From contig FLMG01000436.1 in NCBI GenBank assembly GCA_900088475.1, positions 1 to 46,788 on the forward strand: a DNA stretch of 46,788 bases, in the 5' to 3' direction. The position numbers and the translations under genes were made by a program. Position 1 is the stretch's first letter; each line of letters begins with the position of its first letter. The notes below the pieces were generated by a model. That model made no database searches. It was not told where the DNA came from and saw only the letters and a program-made list of their open reading frames with translations. This document shows positions 34,962-46,788 of the stretch, one piece after another. Source of the DNA: Hyphochytrium catenoides (lineage: Eukaryota > Protista > Hyphochytriomycota).

Positions 34962-36454
34962 GTTGGATAAAGAAAGAGAGCTTCGATCGTTTAGGAGGCT
35001 AGCCTTTAAGCGTATACTTTAGCACAGAAGCGAACCTTCATGATTTAGTCAAATATAAGCTACGAGGCTCTTCTTTATAAGAAAGCATTAGTCCATCGTA
35101 AGTGTTACATATGCATCGCAACGTACCATTCTGGTGAGAGTCTAGACGTTACGCGGAGAGAGCGCCCTATGTAGGCGTGCTTAGTGATTGGATGGTACCA
35201 TTCTGGGCTTCTGTGCTCCTGGTGACGTCCAGTTCTCATGACGCTGTGTAAATGAAGCTAAACCGCAAGTAGTGGTCGCCACCTCCCTTTGTCTGTTTTC
35301 GGCGGTGCATGACAGTGCAATCAGCTTTCGTCCATACCTGTCGACTTGTTGACTGAACTCTGCATCCAGGAGGAAAGATATCAAGCTCCCTCTCTTTTTA
35401 GTATGAAGATTCGAGCCATTGACTTCTTCGTTTTTGACTTACTGGGGCCAGGCTGATCCAACGCGGATCAGTCAGGTGGTGCACGCAAAAGGAGCGTGTG
35501 GGGTGAGAAGACACGAATAGGAAGCATGCAGAGAGTGTCAGCGTCATACCCTCGTCCTGCCAGATAACAAGCAGAAGGAGAACAGGGAAGAAACCGAGCG
35601 GAGAGCGGGTGAAGCAACCTCCACAAGAAGATGAAAAGAGAGCAGTAAACCAGTTTTCCTTTTGATTATTATGTGTGTCTTGGAGTGGCGACATCTGTGT
35701 GGCAAAGAGAGAGGGAGAGAGGAAAGAGAGAATAGGAGGACTAAGGAGAGCAAGAGAAAATGAGATTGGAAGCAGAGAGAGAGAAAGAGGAAGAAAGAAA
35801 GAGAGAAAGAGAGTAATGGAAACAAGGAAAGAGGAAGGGGACGAGAATGTAATGTGTACCGGGAGGAGGAACACCAAGCTCCAAGAGGTATTAGCACGTC
35901 AGGGAATGAGGTTGAAAGCAGAGGATAATTGAGGAGGACTGAAGAGGAAGCAGGGAGCGGAAGAGCTAGTAACGGAAGAGGGGCGACCTGGGAAAGGGAG
36001 AAAAGGTGAGAGACTTGGGGCACTCCTTCCTAATCTTTGATCATGGCCGGCATACGTTGACTATAGCTTGGGCAAGCAAGAAAGGGAGACTATGTCCTCG
36101 GACTTGTCATAGAGCTGGGCGACTATTGCTCCTCAATGCTGGTGATGGAGAATGAAGTCTACTTTCTAGAGACACTCATGGCTGTAGCACTAGAAGATGA
36201 TGGGAGCCCGAGTCGTCTGCTGGCACCCAACGAACCACATGCAGTACATTCGGTATTGCTTCAGCGTTATACAATATCAGTTAATTGTCATTAGATAGAA
36301 CATAAAAGTAGCACGGCAGATGGCACGCAATGGGGACAGATTCCATGAGCAGCAGCGAAGCGAGCAAGAATAGAGCCTAAGAGTAAAATCCCAGAGAAGG
36401 CGAGAGACAAAAGGCAATGATGGGCCATCACTTTCACACTGAGTAGAACAACGG

Positions 36455-37618
36455 CTAAATGTGGACCTCCCCTTCACCTTCCCCGTCATCCACAGTCCCT
36501 TGCTTGTCTCCCTGTCCCTTCTTCTTCCTCAGCAAGGTAAAGGCGAAGAAACCTATGGTCAGCACTGCCAGTGCACCGGCCACGGCCACTCCAGACACCG
36601 CCAGTGCGTCAAGGTGCGGCGCACCAGGTCCAGATTTCTCAATGGATTCCGCAGCAAATGCCGCACCACCACCAGGACCAGCACTGGAGGTAGGCGATGG
36701 GGTCAAAGGCAAGACCTCAGTCGTCTTAGAAGAACTGCCCCATTCTCCTTGTTCTCCCTCCGCTCCGCTAGGAGGATTGCCCAGTTCTCCTGCTGAAAAC
36801 TCTGAGCCGCCGTTAGTGGACCCAGTTTCTGAAGAGTTGCCCGAGTTAACGGGCGCATGAGGAGAGCTTCTGCTAGGAGGGAGCATGAGAATGGGAGAGA
36901 CGTCCGTGGAAGGGCTCCGGGAACTTTCAGACGATGCCTCAGATGATGTGGGTGCTGTTGATCCGTCCTCCTCTGCTGAGACTGCGGTGGGTGCTTCTGA
37001 AGGAGCGGATGGATCCCTCTCTTCGTCCCCGTGGCTGGGTGCTGGGGCCACTTTCTCTGTTACCGGCTGTGAGGATGAGCTAAGGTCTGCACCTATTGTC
37101 ACTTTCGTAGCCGATGTGGGAGAGGAGGGTTCTGCCGCCGTAGGATCTGCGGTAGGCGGTGATGGTGGAGGAAGTGACGGTGACGGAGGAGTTGCGGTGA
37201 TGGGAGCTTTTGTGTTAACAACGCAGCCCGCCACTCCTGTCTTCACCACTTTGCAGTGAGCGCCGTAGGGAAGCCCTTCCTGAGGTCCTGGGCAGCTTCC
37301 ATTGGTGTTACTGCCAGAGCAGACGGGCAAAGGAGCACAGAAAGTGTCCGACTGTTCCACAGATACGGGGTCCCAGCCTGGACTGCAGCGAAGAGAGGAG
37401 CCTCCTCTCAAGCCGCGTGTGGCATGGGACAGCGAGGTGGAGGCCTCGGTGACTATCGGAGGCTCTTCCCTCTGTCTTTCCTCTCCCAATCCTATCATTG
37501 AGGCACTCGTCCGAGTCGCAGGCGGTCTAGAGCCATCCGCTAGGAGTATCTCAATGGCGAGAAGCAGAACAAGAAGCATGAAGCTCCTAACAGAGCTCCG
37601 TTGACCTTGGAACTTCAT
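36455..37618 (-). CDS. Type-I membrane mucin-like protein with an oomycete-type Cys-rich N-terminal domain
   Basis: Signal peptide; CSPGWDPVSVEQSDTFCAPLPVCSGSNTNGSCPGPQEGLPYGAHCKVVKTGVAGC; Ser/Pro/Thr stalk; TM segment followed by RKKKG; 387 aa from first ATG. Confidence 0.85.
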   Translation of the reverse strand: MKFQGQRSSVRSFMLLVLLLAIEILLADGSRPPATRTSASMIGLGEERQREEPPIVTEASTSLSHATRGLRGGSSLRCSPGWDPVSVEQSDTFCAPLPVCSGSNTNGSCPGPQEGLPYGAHCKVVKTGVAGCVVNTKAPITATPPSPSLPPPSPPTADPTAAEPSSPTSATKVTIGADLSSSSQPVTEKVAPAPSHGDEERDPSAPSEAPTAVSAEEDGSTAPTSSEASSESSRSPSTDVSPILMLPPSRSSPHAPVNSGNSSETGSTNGGSEFSAGELGNPPSGAEGEQGEWGSSSKTTEVLPLTPSPTSSAGPGGGAAFAAESIEKSGPGAPHLDALAVSGVAVAGALAVLTIGFFAFTLLRKKKGQGDKQGTVDDGEGEGEVHI

Positions 37619-39279
37619 TGATAACAACTGATAGACGTGTTTTTCAGGAGAAATCGTACCCTTTGAGAGACTGAGATTAAGGAAGGAAGCTTGAGCAGCA
37701 GAGAAAAGGTGATGTCAACCAAAGCAGGGAAAGGTTCGCGTCCTTATTGAAGCCGTCCTTTCCCTCAGCTGCTTTCCTTCTCTTGTTAAGCTGAACTGCT
37801 AGCAAGCGGACGATAGGGGCGTGTTAAGCTGTGCTCCGCTCAGTCTCTTTAATAATAATAGGTGCAGGTGTTGCTCTGCTCTGGCCATGAGCTGCTTGAG
37901 ATTGTCTAGGCTGAACTGACCTGTGGACAAGCAGCTTACAGCTCATTCCAAAGAGACCCAGTCTTCCTCCGCTATCGAACTGGCGCTTCCAACGGTCACA
38001 CCACCGCCACCGCCAACAAAGGAGAGGAAGTTTCTTTCGTATCATGTTGCTAACAGGCGGCGGTCGAGAAAAGGGTCGCTGCCTTTTTCTCCGCCTTTGA
38101 CACTACCTGAGAAGAAAGGGCTAAGGGTACAGAGAGGAAAGCGGTAGGAGAAGAGAGGTTAGCTCCCTAGCAGGCCACCCCAGAGAGCTAAGGCACAAGC
38201 TGTCTGCTGGAGGACGACAGGGCAGAGCTGCAGGAAGGGCTGCCCCTTTTGTGTCACTTGACGCTTCGAAGAATGGCGTTGTCGTCCTTCCCGTCATTCT
38301 GTCGGTCAAAACAGAGGCACAGATGTCAGACCTCTTCTCCTCCTCCTCCTTTCTTTCACTGTGGCGCTGGTGATACAGAGCTGCTCCCACTCAGGCGGCG
38401 CACCTTCGATCCCTAGTAATATTATGCAGCAGAGGGCAGCAAGCTCCTGTCTGATCCGCATGTTCCTCCTGCCCTAGATCCGTTACAAGCCATGACACAT
38501 TCTGCCAGTAAACCTCTTACCAAAGTTATGCTAATTAGTTGGGCTAATGCTACTAAAGTCTATCACTTTCTTAGGAGGTTGGCATCTATCGGGAGGTGAA
38601 CTTTCTTCTGTTCGATTGTCTTCACTTCCTTTCGTTGTTCTTCGCGTCCTCTGGCCCACGTCTCATAACGGCGTCTTAGCTTTTCTCCTGCCGTACAATC
38701 CCCACCGACTTTGTTCCTCCTCCTTCTTGCAATCCTCCGACGACTCTTTCTCCTTGTTCTTAGTGAAGCGGCAGAGTGGTGAGAAGGATGGATGATTAGT
38801 AGCACGCAAGTCATCATTTCTAGTAGTAGTAAGCCTTCCTACAAGCAGATGCGTAAGGTATTGCCATTCCTCATCATTGTCGTCACACAATGTACTGTAC
38901 AACGTTAAGTGAATGAAGATGCTAGCGACAACTCAGCGAAGGATTGAGGTTAACGTTCTGCTAATTGAACATCACTTTGGTTGCCTTCTTAGAAGATTAC
39001 TACGAAAGAACTATTGTCTCATGGGTTGAATGACTCCTCAGAACGCAGAATAAGCTAAAGACTGAAAGGGTAAGCAGTAAGAACGACGGAGAAGCGCTTC
39101 AACATATCAAGGGATCCATACGACCGGGAAGACGACGTTTGGGAGTCTTTCGGGGGAGGAGCTATGCCGTGTGTCCTGGTCTGTGTGGAACAGCTCGTGA
39201 AGCTTCGGGTGATCGCTCTGCTCTTGATGCTTCTAGGCATCCATGGCCATTGATCTCGTCAGGACATGGCTTTACGACG

Positions 39280-39695
39280 TTATCCCAGGGTTTCTTTTGC
39301 CATCCATGAAGAAGAAAGTGCGCTTCAGAGTTCCTCTTCAGCAGCTGGGCTGTTCTCCTGCTTGGACCCTTCTCTTGCTTTCCTCCTGGTAGAAAAAGAT
39401 GATGACAATATCATTGGTACTTCATCTTCTCCTCTTCTTCTCCTGTCGTTGTTACGGAGGAAGTCAGCTATTATGATTCTTCCTTTTTTGTGATAACGAA
39501 TGTGGAGCCGATAGAGTCGATGAAGAGACCAAGTCGCTGTACCTCTTGTCTCTTCTTCTTTCTCTTCTTCTTCTTTTTTTGTTCCTCTTCTTCTTTCTCT
39601 TCTTCTTCTTTTTTAGTTCCTCTTCTTCTTCTTCTTCTTCTTCTTCTCCATCTCCTTCTTCTTCTTCGCCATCTCCTTCTTCTTCTTCTCCTTCT
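39280..39695 (+). mobile_element. Short 3' fragment of the same non-LTR family as 40490-41355, followed by a (CTT)n tract
   Basis: RVSFAIHEE...EKDDDN matches RISFAIHEE...ERDDDD of the larger fragment. Confidence 0.65.
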
Positions 39696-40489
39696 GAGTA
39701 AACAGATAATGTGGCAGAAGACGTGGACAATAATAGAAGAAATCAAGAGAGATATAATAATGTACCCGAGGAAGAACAATGGACGAGATGAAGGAGAAGG
39801 ACGGGACAGGGTACAGGGCCGAGCTTCTTGCCTCTTATCGCAACGGTAAGAGGGAGAAAGTGACAGTAGAGCCACCGCCTGCGAGTACTAAACATTACTG
39901 GCACACCTACGTGACTCGTTTTTCGCTGGTGGTCGACAAAGTGTTCATGACTCACTGATGCATTAAAACCGACGTCCTTCCAAGTTAGTACTACGGCTGC
40001 CCCTCCGCCTCCCCATCATCCTGGTCGTGATAAAGTTGCAGCAGAGTGTAGAAGAAGAGGGAGACGTACTTCTTATCGTTAGGGTTTAGCTGAGGATAAA
40101 ACAGTACCTGTAACAACCCTGGTATAGGCCACGGTCACACGGCTTTAGGCTGCGAGTACTGACGACGAAGTCCCTGTACGACTGGCCATTATCACTCAAT
40201 ATATAGACAATGATGGAGTTATTACGATTACTCGGGAAGACTGTTGCTCCGAAGTGACCCACAAAGACCGCGCCCAGCACTTGGTGCTCCACAGCCAGAC
40301 CTAGCATAGTAGGTATAGGCCTGCTCGCCCCCAGTATTCTTGTGTCAACAGAAGAAGAAGAAGACGGAGACGCACTTCTTCTCTAAGGTTTTAGGTCGGA
40401 TAAAGAAGGAATACTGTTATAGGCTAGGAGTAATGACCACGAAGTACCTACTACGACTGTAACCTAATGCTCGTTTCTTTGTTATATTC

Positions 40490-41355
40490 TTGCCTGTCTT
40501 GTGCGCGTCCAACGGATGCCTTTGGCGATCATGGCACAGTCTGTCGTCGTGGCGGTGGCGCTCATCAACGTCACTGCCGCGTCCAGGACTTCCTCTTTCA
40601 TGCCTTTCGGGATTCTGGTCTCAAAAGTCTCCTGCGAACCTCGCCACCTCCTTCCGGGCTCCAATCAGAAGCCTGGAGATTTGTTGGTTCGTGGATTTTC
40701 ACTTTCCTATCAGTACTCGGCCTTTGATGTCTCCGTCACGGATTAGCTGCAATTCAGAGCCCTTCCCTATGCAGCAGTCCATGCCGGTTATCAAGGTCGT
40801 TTGTCTGAGAAAAAAGCGAAGGTGAGAAAGTATGAGGCTCTCTGCCAAGCTGTGGGGCTACAGATCGTGCCGCTCGTCTGGGTGTCTTTTGGTGGTGCTA
40901 TGCCGCATGTCCTGGACATTGTGCATCAGGTAGTCAAGCTTCAGTGTGATCGTGCCGCTCTTGAGGCTTCCCGTCCTCTTGGTCATTGGTCTCGGTTGGC
41001 AAAGGTTCTGACTCTCCATACCAGAATCTCTTTCGCCATCCATGAAGAGAATGTGATTCAGATTCTGAAGCGTATTTCTCTTCAGCAGTTGGGCCCCGCT
41101 CTAGCTTGTATGATTGAACGCGATGATGATGATGGTCTCGGCGCTTCGCCGCTTTCTTCATCTTCTCCTCCGTCGTCTCCTATCATTATTGCGGAAGAGG
41201 TCAACTATGATTCTTCTTCCTTTCCCGACATTGGTGGCGAGGGTGGTGGAGGAGAACGCATTGTAAAGTCCAGGGCTTTGTGGCTCTCGTCTCCTCTTCT
41301 TTCTCTTCTTCTTCTCCTTTTTCTTCTTCTCCTCTGTCTTCTTCTTCCTCTTCTG
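40490..41355 (+). mobile_element. 5'-truncated, frameshifted CRE/R2-type non-LTR retrotransposon (CCHC finger plus restriction-like endonuclease) with (CTT)n-rich tail
   Basis: CLSC..TDAFGDHGTVCRRGGGAHQRH, KPGDLLV...FDVSVTD and K..KYEALC....IVPLV spread across three frames; no RT domain visible. Confidence 0.8.
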
Positions 41356-42699
41356 GAAAAAGATGGTGGGGCATTCAAGAGTAAACGGTAAGCGGGTTGC
41401 TCCTAGTAAATGACCTCACAAAGACCAGCAGTTGGCGCAGCACAGTCAGACCACGCCCGTTAAGCAAGGACATTCGAAACAATACCATTGGAGGCATTTG
41501 CCGCCCTTAGGAGTTAAGCAAGATGCTGCGGAAGTCAAGTTGAAAGTGGAGATATAGTTATCTTTACCTCGAGCTTGGCTGTTCAACTATTGGTTAAACT
41601 CTATTAACCATAGCACAGTCGCGAGCGTTGTCACCGGGCAGTATTGGTCCTAAGTGTACCAAACCTAATCCTCTGTAAGCCGTCCAGGATCGTCAATTGA
41701 TGCTGTTCTCATTCAGTCGCTGCTTAGGCAGAAGGGCATGTCTGGACGCCAAGAGTTAGCTCGCCCCAAGCCAGCCCGAGCTTGGCTTTAACCACGACGA
41801 AAGACTGCCGCTGCTTCCTAAGGGCACGCCCACTCTTAAGAGCATTTCCCAGCCTCTCAAACGCTATGAAAAGATTGTTCTGACTGTAGTATGTAATAGA
41901 CTGAGTCAATGGGTTGGCTAAGTCTTCGCTTCGGCGGGCCAGGCCTCATAAGCTCCGTAAAAGCTCTGCAGAGGAAGACTTCCAAGGTTCTAAGGACTTT
42001 CTCTTAGGTCGAACTTTATTGACTGATTAGCATTTTTAGCATCAGCGAACCGATCTCAGGGAGAGCAGAGAGCGAAAGAGGGAGAGAGGGGATAGAACTA
42101 GAGATGAAAGAGCAGCCTCCTTCGTAGTAAGCGCTACGGTGATAGCCAACCATTGGCCCAGGAGACTCGGACTACTACCCATCTTCGTCGGCTAGTACCT
42201 TTGAAAGCCGCGGCTCTCCTGCCAGTGCCTTCTCCTATCCCACCTCCTGACCCCAGCGCTTGCCCCAAGAGATAAAGCGAGAGCTTGTAGTTCAGAGGAG
42301 GACTATATCAATAGCTTTAGGCTTCGCCTAGGGCTCGCTTGACGTTACTAGTGCGTAATCCAGCCTTCGGCTGCATTATTAGTGGAAGATGCTTGGACGA
42401 CACACTGATTTGGTTGTACGAAGTAACACCAGGAGCTCTTCATCTCTTCCTACATGTAGAACCATCAGTATTTCCTAGATAATAGGCACACTCTACTCGT
42501 TCACACACGCTTCCAACAGCAGAGTAGTGAGTGAGTGAGTGAGTGAGTGAATGGCCAAAGTTTCTCAACTCTCGAATTGCTGCAGGAGTTGCGTGACATG
42601 TCACCTCCACCCTCAGCTTCTACAGCTAAAGATACTGGAAAGTAGGTGATGCGTCTCAGGTAAAATAAGGCTACAACACAAAGACTCCTCTGGTGAAGC

Positions 42700-43238
42700 G
42701 GTGTTATTTCCCTCAAATGGAGCTTACACTCTCCTCAGTCCTTCATCGATCAAGGACATTGCAAAGTTAACCTCACAAGAACAGGTGGTGAGACGTATTG
42801 TTTTAACCAATGGAACCGTCTATTATTCCTCGGACACTGCCGATGCACAGGGACAAAGTGATTCTTCTCCTCCAAGACTAGCCGCAGCTACGAGCAAACA
42901 AGAGCCTATCACCCTGTGGCACAATCGGCCTAATCATCTCAAATCATACAGATATTCGAAGACTAGCCGTACAGGCTTCGGGTATAGCTCTTGATAGAGC
43001 TTGTCAGCAGCCGTGCCTCTGTGAGACCTGCATTCTAGCCAAGCTAACACGTAAGCCTTACCACGCTCAGCCTCGCAAGACAACAAGAAGACTGCTTGAA
43101 CTCCTGCACGCGGACGTGGGCATTGTCAATACTCGTAGCTACCAAGGTTAGGTATACTTCCGACTCGTTGTAGATGATCACTCGCGGAGGTGCTTTGTAC
43201 AGTTTCTAAGAAGCAAAGCAGAGGCAGAAAGTAAGCTG
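42700..43238 (+). mobile_element. Ty1/copia fragment: GAG-pre-integrase and integrase N-terminus, cut by an inserted LTR
   Basis: LWHNRPNHL...CETCILAKLTRKPY...LLELLHADVG...YQG*VYFRLVVDDHSRRCFVQFLRSKAEA. Confidence 0.9.
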
Positions 43239-43562
43239 TGTTAGAATATATGGGATGATTGGACAATGTCATTAGATGAGAGTGCTCTACTTATAAGCCC
43301 AACTGGGGTCCCATAATCTAGAGCTACTCTGACTATGCCAACTCTTCCTAATAAACCCTAAGATATTCAGTCATAGAGAAATCCCTGTCTAGAACAGTCA
43401 GTCCTGAAGGTATTCCGGGGTACTGACCATAACGCCATAGATATAAACAGGGACATTTCGTTTGCTTCATTTCTCGGCTTCTACTGGGAGTTTAGAGCTG
43501 AAACTTGGGTAGTTAAGCTTGCCAGCTTGTAGTCCGCATAACTGTGCCCTCAGACTCCAACA
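43239..43562 (-). repeat. 3' LTR (324 bp) of the gag-only copia-derived element
   Basis: Minus strand TGTTGG...CTAACA termini, preceded by PPT-like GCGGGTAGG. Confidence 0.8.
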
Positions 43563-45409
43563 CCTACCCGCAGCTCGAACTCCCTCTTGTGAAGGGTCGA
43601 AGCTGAACATTCTACACCTCCCCGCATGCTGTTGACCCGCTAGAAAGAGATTACTTGCTTCTTGGGTTTCCATTGCACACATTTCTCGATGTACGATGAA
43701 CAGCGAGGTTGGCGAGATGTTGTTTCCTTAGCCTCTTTGATAAACGCGTCGAGGTCTCCAGAAAATTCCACATTGTCTGACTGCTTCAGCGCTAGGTAGA
43801 AAGTGTGGAGAATATTGATTTTAGCGTCAAGCTTTTCTTGGTTCGAAGCCTGCGTATTGGTTAGTTGTCCTTCATTTGGATCCTTGGGACCTTGATTTTG
43901 GTTGAATCCTGTTCGTACTTCCTCTTCGGAAAGAGATACTTTAGCTGGTTGTTGAGATGCTTCCTTAGTGATGAGCTGGTTGTGGTCTTCAGTTCTTCTC
44001 AGTATTGCCTTGACTGTTTCACGATAAGAAGTCTTCTTCCTTGATGAAAACATAAGTCAGTAATTTTCTTCAAAGCTTTTGACAGATTCTGCTTAGAGCG
44101 TGAGTTCCGGAAAGACGGTCTGCGATGAGCGTTCTGCTCGAGTTCCCAGCACTTCTCTGAAGGATGGCTGGGACTTCCGAAAAATGGGCACTCCGGCCAT
44201 TGGTCGCGAACTTATAATATTTGATGATGATGATGACCCTGGATGAGCCTTGTTCTTGGTCTCTTGATGACGGTGACGATGGGGTTCCTTTATCCTTTGT
44301 TGATGTAGAGAGTATGCTGCAAAGCCTTCTTCTTCATCATAACTCTTGTTGCTAGTGCGAATAGCACCTCTTCGGTGTTGTTCTCCGATAAGAATATCAT
44401 CTATGGCACTTGCACATAGTGCGCCCGTTCCACGCACTTGAATAGCTTGAGCAATAATACCTTCATATGACGGTGGAAGGGCCATAAGTACTGCGACTTT
44501 GTAGAGGTTGTCGTAGAAAAAATCTTTCTCCTCCATCATTTCGCGAAGTAAATCAAGCTTTCTTCTCTGCTCGCACAGGAATAGGCTAATGTCTTGTTCT
44601 TCGGCTACGTTTGCCGATAAGAAAGAGGTAAGAGTAGTCACAATGATGTTGTTTGCGCTTCGGCTCTCAAAAGATTCTTCCAACTTCAGCCAAGCTTCTC
44701 TCGCAGTTCCTATAATACGAGGTAGAAGTGGAATAAGGTTGTCAGCCACTGCCAAATCTTGTTGAACGGCCTTTTGTCATTCCTTAGCCAAGAAGACTGC
44801 GGCGTAGCCCTAGACGTAGACATGGGCTTGTTCTTTGAGGAGATATCAGGGGATCCTTGGCTCCCGTCAACATGATGAAGAAGGTTCAGTTCATCCAAGA
44901 TAGGCCTCCATCTTCAATCGTCAAACAGGGTAGTCCTCCATCCCTTGTAGCTTTAATATCGTAACCAGGAAAGAGCTCATTATGCTGATGATTCTGAGGG
45001 TTTGAAATAGGTCTTGATGATAAGAATGGAAAGAGAAATGGAGAATATGAGACTTTGTGTCCGTAGGATTTGGTGTTCTTCCTGCCTTGATAAATGAGAC
45101 GATATCTTCAGAACGAAGCGGTTTCAGAAGAAAATAATGGCACCAATGAACTCAGCGATGCCGATTTACCCCCTCTCACTCTTTGAAGCCGAAAAGAGGT
45201 GATTTTGGGCCGAAATCGTGCTTGAAACTTTCCCTTTGCAAAAGTACTCGTATGGTGAAATTTTCGCTACAGGGTTGACACTTTACCAAAATTTTGAGTG
45301 AAAACTTTTCAATGTTTCAACCCTTTGTAGTATAGTGAAGGAGACTTGTGTGAAGTCACGGAAACTGGTGACTGCCATGATGTGGTTCAGGAGACTTGGG
45401 AGCAGACAG
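43239..45409 (-). mobile_element. Copia-derived element with degenerate gag (44980-43640) and no pol, ending in PPT plus LTR
   Basis: KLQGMEDYPV*RLKMEAYL...HVDG, TAREAWLKLEESF, VLMALPPSYE; frame continues through TAA and TGA into ORF 43640-44053; no PR, IN or RT motifs before the PPT. Confidence 0.75.
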
Positions 45410-45725
45410 TGTTATAATATATGGGATTTGAAGACACTCTTATTTAGGTTATGTGGTCTACTGATATGCTCAGAGTGAGTATGAAGAGCTTATGGGACAG
45501 CGTTTCCTAGTTATCACGTTGTCTAGTTGTTCTGGAGAGTAACTGTGTCTCGTATAAACTACTAGACCCAGTTACTACTTCTTGACGTCAGATGATGACT
45601 TACCTGGTAATAATAACCTAGTTATCATAACTTTGAAACACTTTCTTTTGTGCCTTCTTCCTCTTGTCAGATAGAGTCTGGAACTGTGAGCCTTTTAGAG
45701 CTCTTGTCAGCTTCTGCTCTCAACA
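45410..45725 (-). repeat. 3' LTR (316 bp) of the right-hand copia element
   Basis: Minus strand TGTTGA...ATAACA termini directly after PPT GCGGGGAGG. Confidence 0.85.
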
Positions 45726-46788
45726 CCTCCCCGCAGGTCCAGACTTCCTGAGTGTCCGGCGGTCTCCGCCTTGTCCTCCCCGGAAAGTAGACTTTGTCTT
45801 ACGACGGATGTGTGTGGACGGGACAATTCCGAGTTGCGGAAGAAGTTCTCGGAAATGAGGTGCTGGTAACGCCTTGGTGAGAATGTCGGCAGTCATCTTC
45901 TTGGTTGGACAGTGTTGCAATTCCAAGACTTTGCGATTCACCTGATCTCTAACCACACAGTGTTCGACATCAATATATTTCGATTTTGGTCTCGGCATCT
46001 CGCACACTGTTATTGTGCTCTTGTTGTCTTGATGTGCGAGGATAATGGGTCTACTCAGAGGATACTGAAGCTCCTGTAAGAAATAAGAGATGTGTTCTGC
46101 ATGTTTGGCTCCGGTCCACAGTGAGATGCACTCAGCTTCAGTGGTTGAAGAAGCCACTATGTCTTGCTTCTTAGCCTTCCAACTAAAAGCACCAGTCCCC
46201 AGTGTAAGAAAGTAGCCTGAGATGGATTTCCTGTCCATAAGATCATTCGCCCAGGATGCGTCTGCAAAGAGTTGTAGTCTTGGACTCTGATTGATGATGT
46301 CTGGGGTTCTTCTCCTCCTAGACATAAGAAATGGTCTGCTGCAATCCCTTTCACTTATCTCAGTATCCGCTTCACAGCGGTCCAGTGAGTCTGTCTATAG
46401 TTAGTCATATTATGCTGGCTAACCGATTGTACCGCGAAGGCTATATTCGGCCTGGAGGCTACCATCAGATGCATAAGACTGCCAACAGCATTCCTGTACG
46501 GTATCTTGAAAATATTGCTCCTCTTCAGAAGTCAGCGTAGAAAGAGAGTCTGCCTTGGGTAGCTTTTCACCAGGAGTAACAGGCGTGCTGATTGGGTTAC
46601 AATCTTCCATGCCATAACGCTTCAGAAGGTCGTGAATAAATCTTCGTTGGCGAAGGTAGATTTTCCGATTCTTTCGATCCTAATAACTTCTACCCCTAGG
46701 AAGTATTGGAGTTCTCCTAAGTCCTTCACATCAATTCTGTCCTTTAGAAGTCCTTTAACTTGATCCGCACGATTGTTGCTTGGCGCGA
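45410..46788 (-). mobile_element. Ty1/copia retrotransposon 3' part: degenerate RT, RNase H, PPT and LTR (continues beyond the window)
   Basis: VKDLGELQYFLG, YGMEDCNPISTP, PYRNAVGSLMHL..SRP, FADASWANDLMDRKSISGY, SWKAKKQDIVASSTTEAE, MTADILTKAL; frameshifts and stops. Confidence 0.95.

Noticed and set aside
39060-39150. PYDREDDVWES resembling a chromodomain
   Set aside because: Lacks the YLVKW core; too short to support
39464-39875. Poly-Glu/Lys/Arg/Leu ORFs (similarly 3622-3882, 9042-9456, 31252-31656, 35398-36023)
   Set aside because: Translations of CTT and AG microsatellites
43239-45725. One intact element bounded by paired LTRs
   Set aside because: The two LTRs align only near their ends and no PBS follows the right one; nested insertion is the simpler explanation

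Overview
Eukaryotic, intron-poor, repeat-rich DNA: two short GT-AG introns with CTRAC branch points, AG/CTT microsatellites and two N gaps. PAN/Apple (GTCWLK) and Cys-rich mucin domains suggest an oomycete-like stramenopile (inference). The main locus is one minus-strand gene (11331-17189, about 1930 codons) that the ORF track splits into three pieces. It encodes two 7-bladed WD40 propellers around a RanBP2-type Zn finger, a coiled coil, a Ser/Thr kinase, a HECT-like domain lacking its catalytic Cys, and a C-terminal RNF213/ZNFX1-type RZ finger. It carries one 66-nt intron and one in-frame TAG, and a deleted paralogous remnant lies at about 5.5-6.0 kb. Other genes: two secreted CE4 (NodB) deacetylases (one fused to two PAN domains), an internally duplicated multi-TM protein, a styrene-oxide-isomerase (StyC)-like membrane protein, an orphan secreted Cys-containing protein and a type-I membrane mucin. 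The right end holds CRE-like non-LTR fragments and a three-level nest of Ty1/copia elements, one apparently gag-only. All homologies were recognised by eye; no searches were run.
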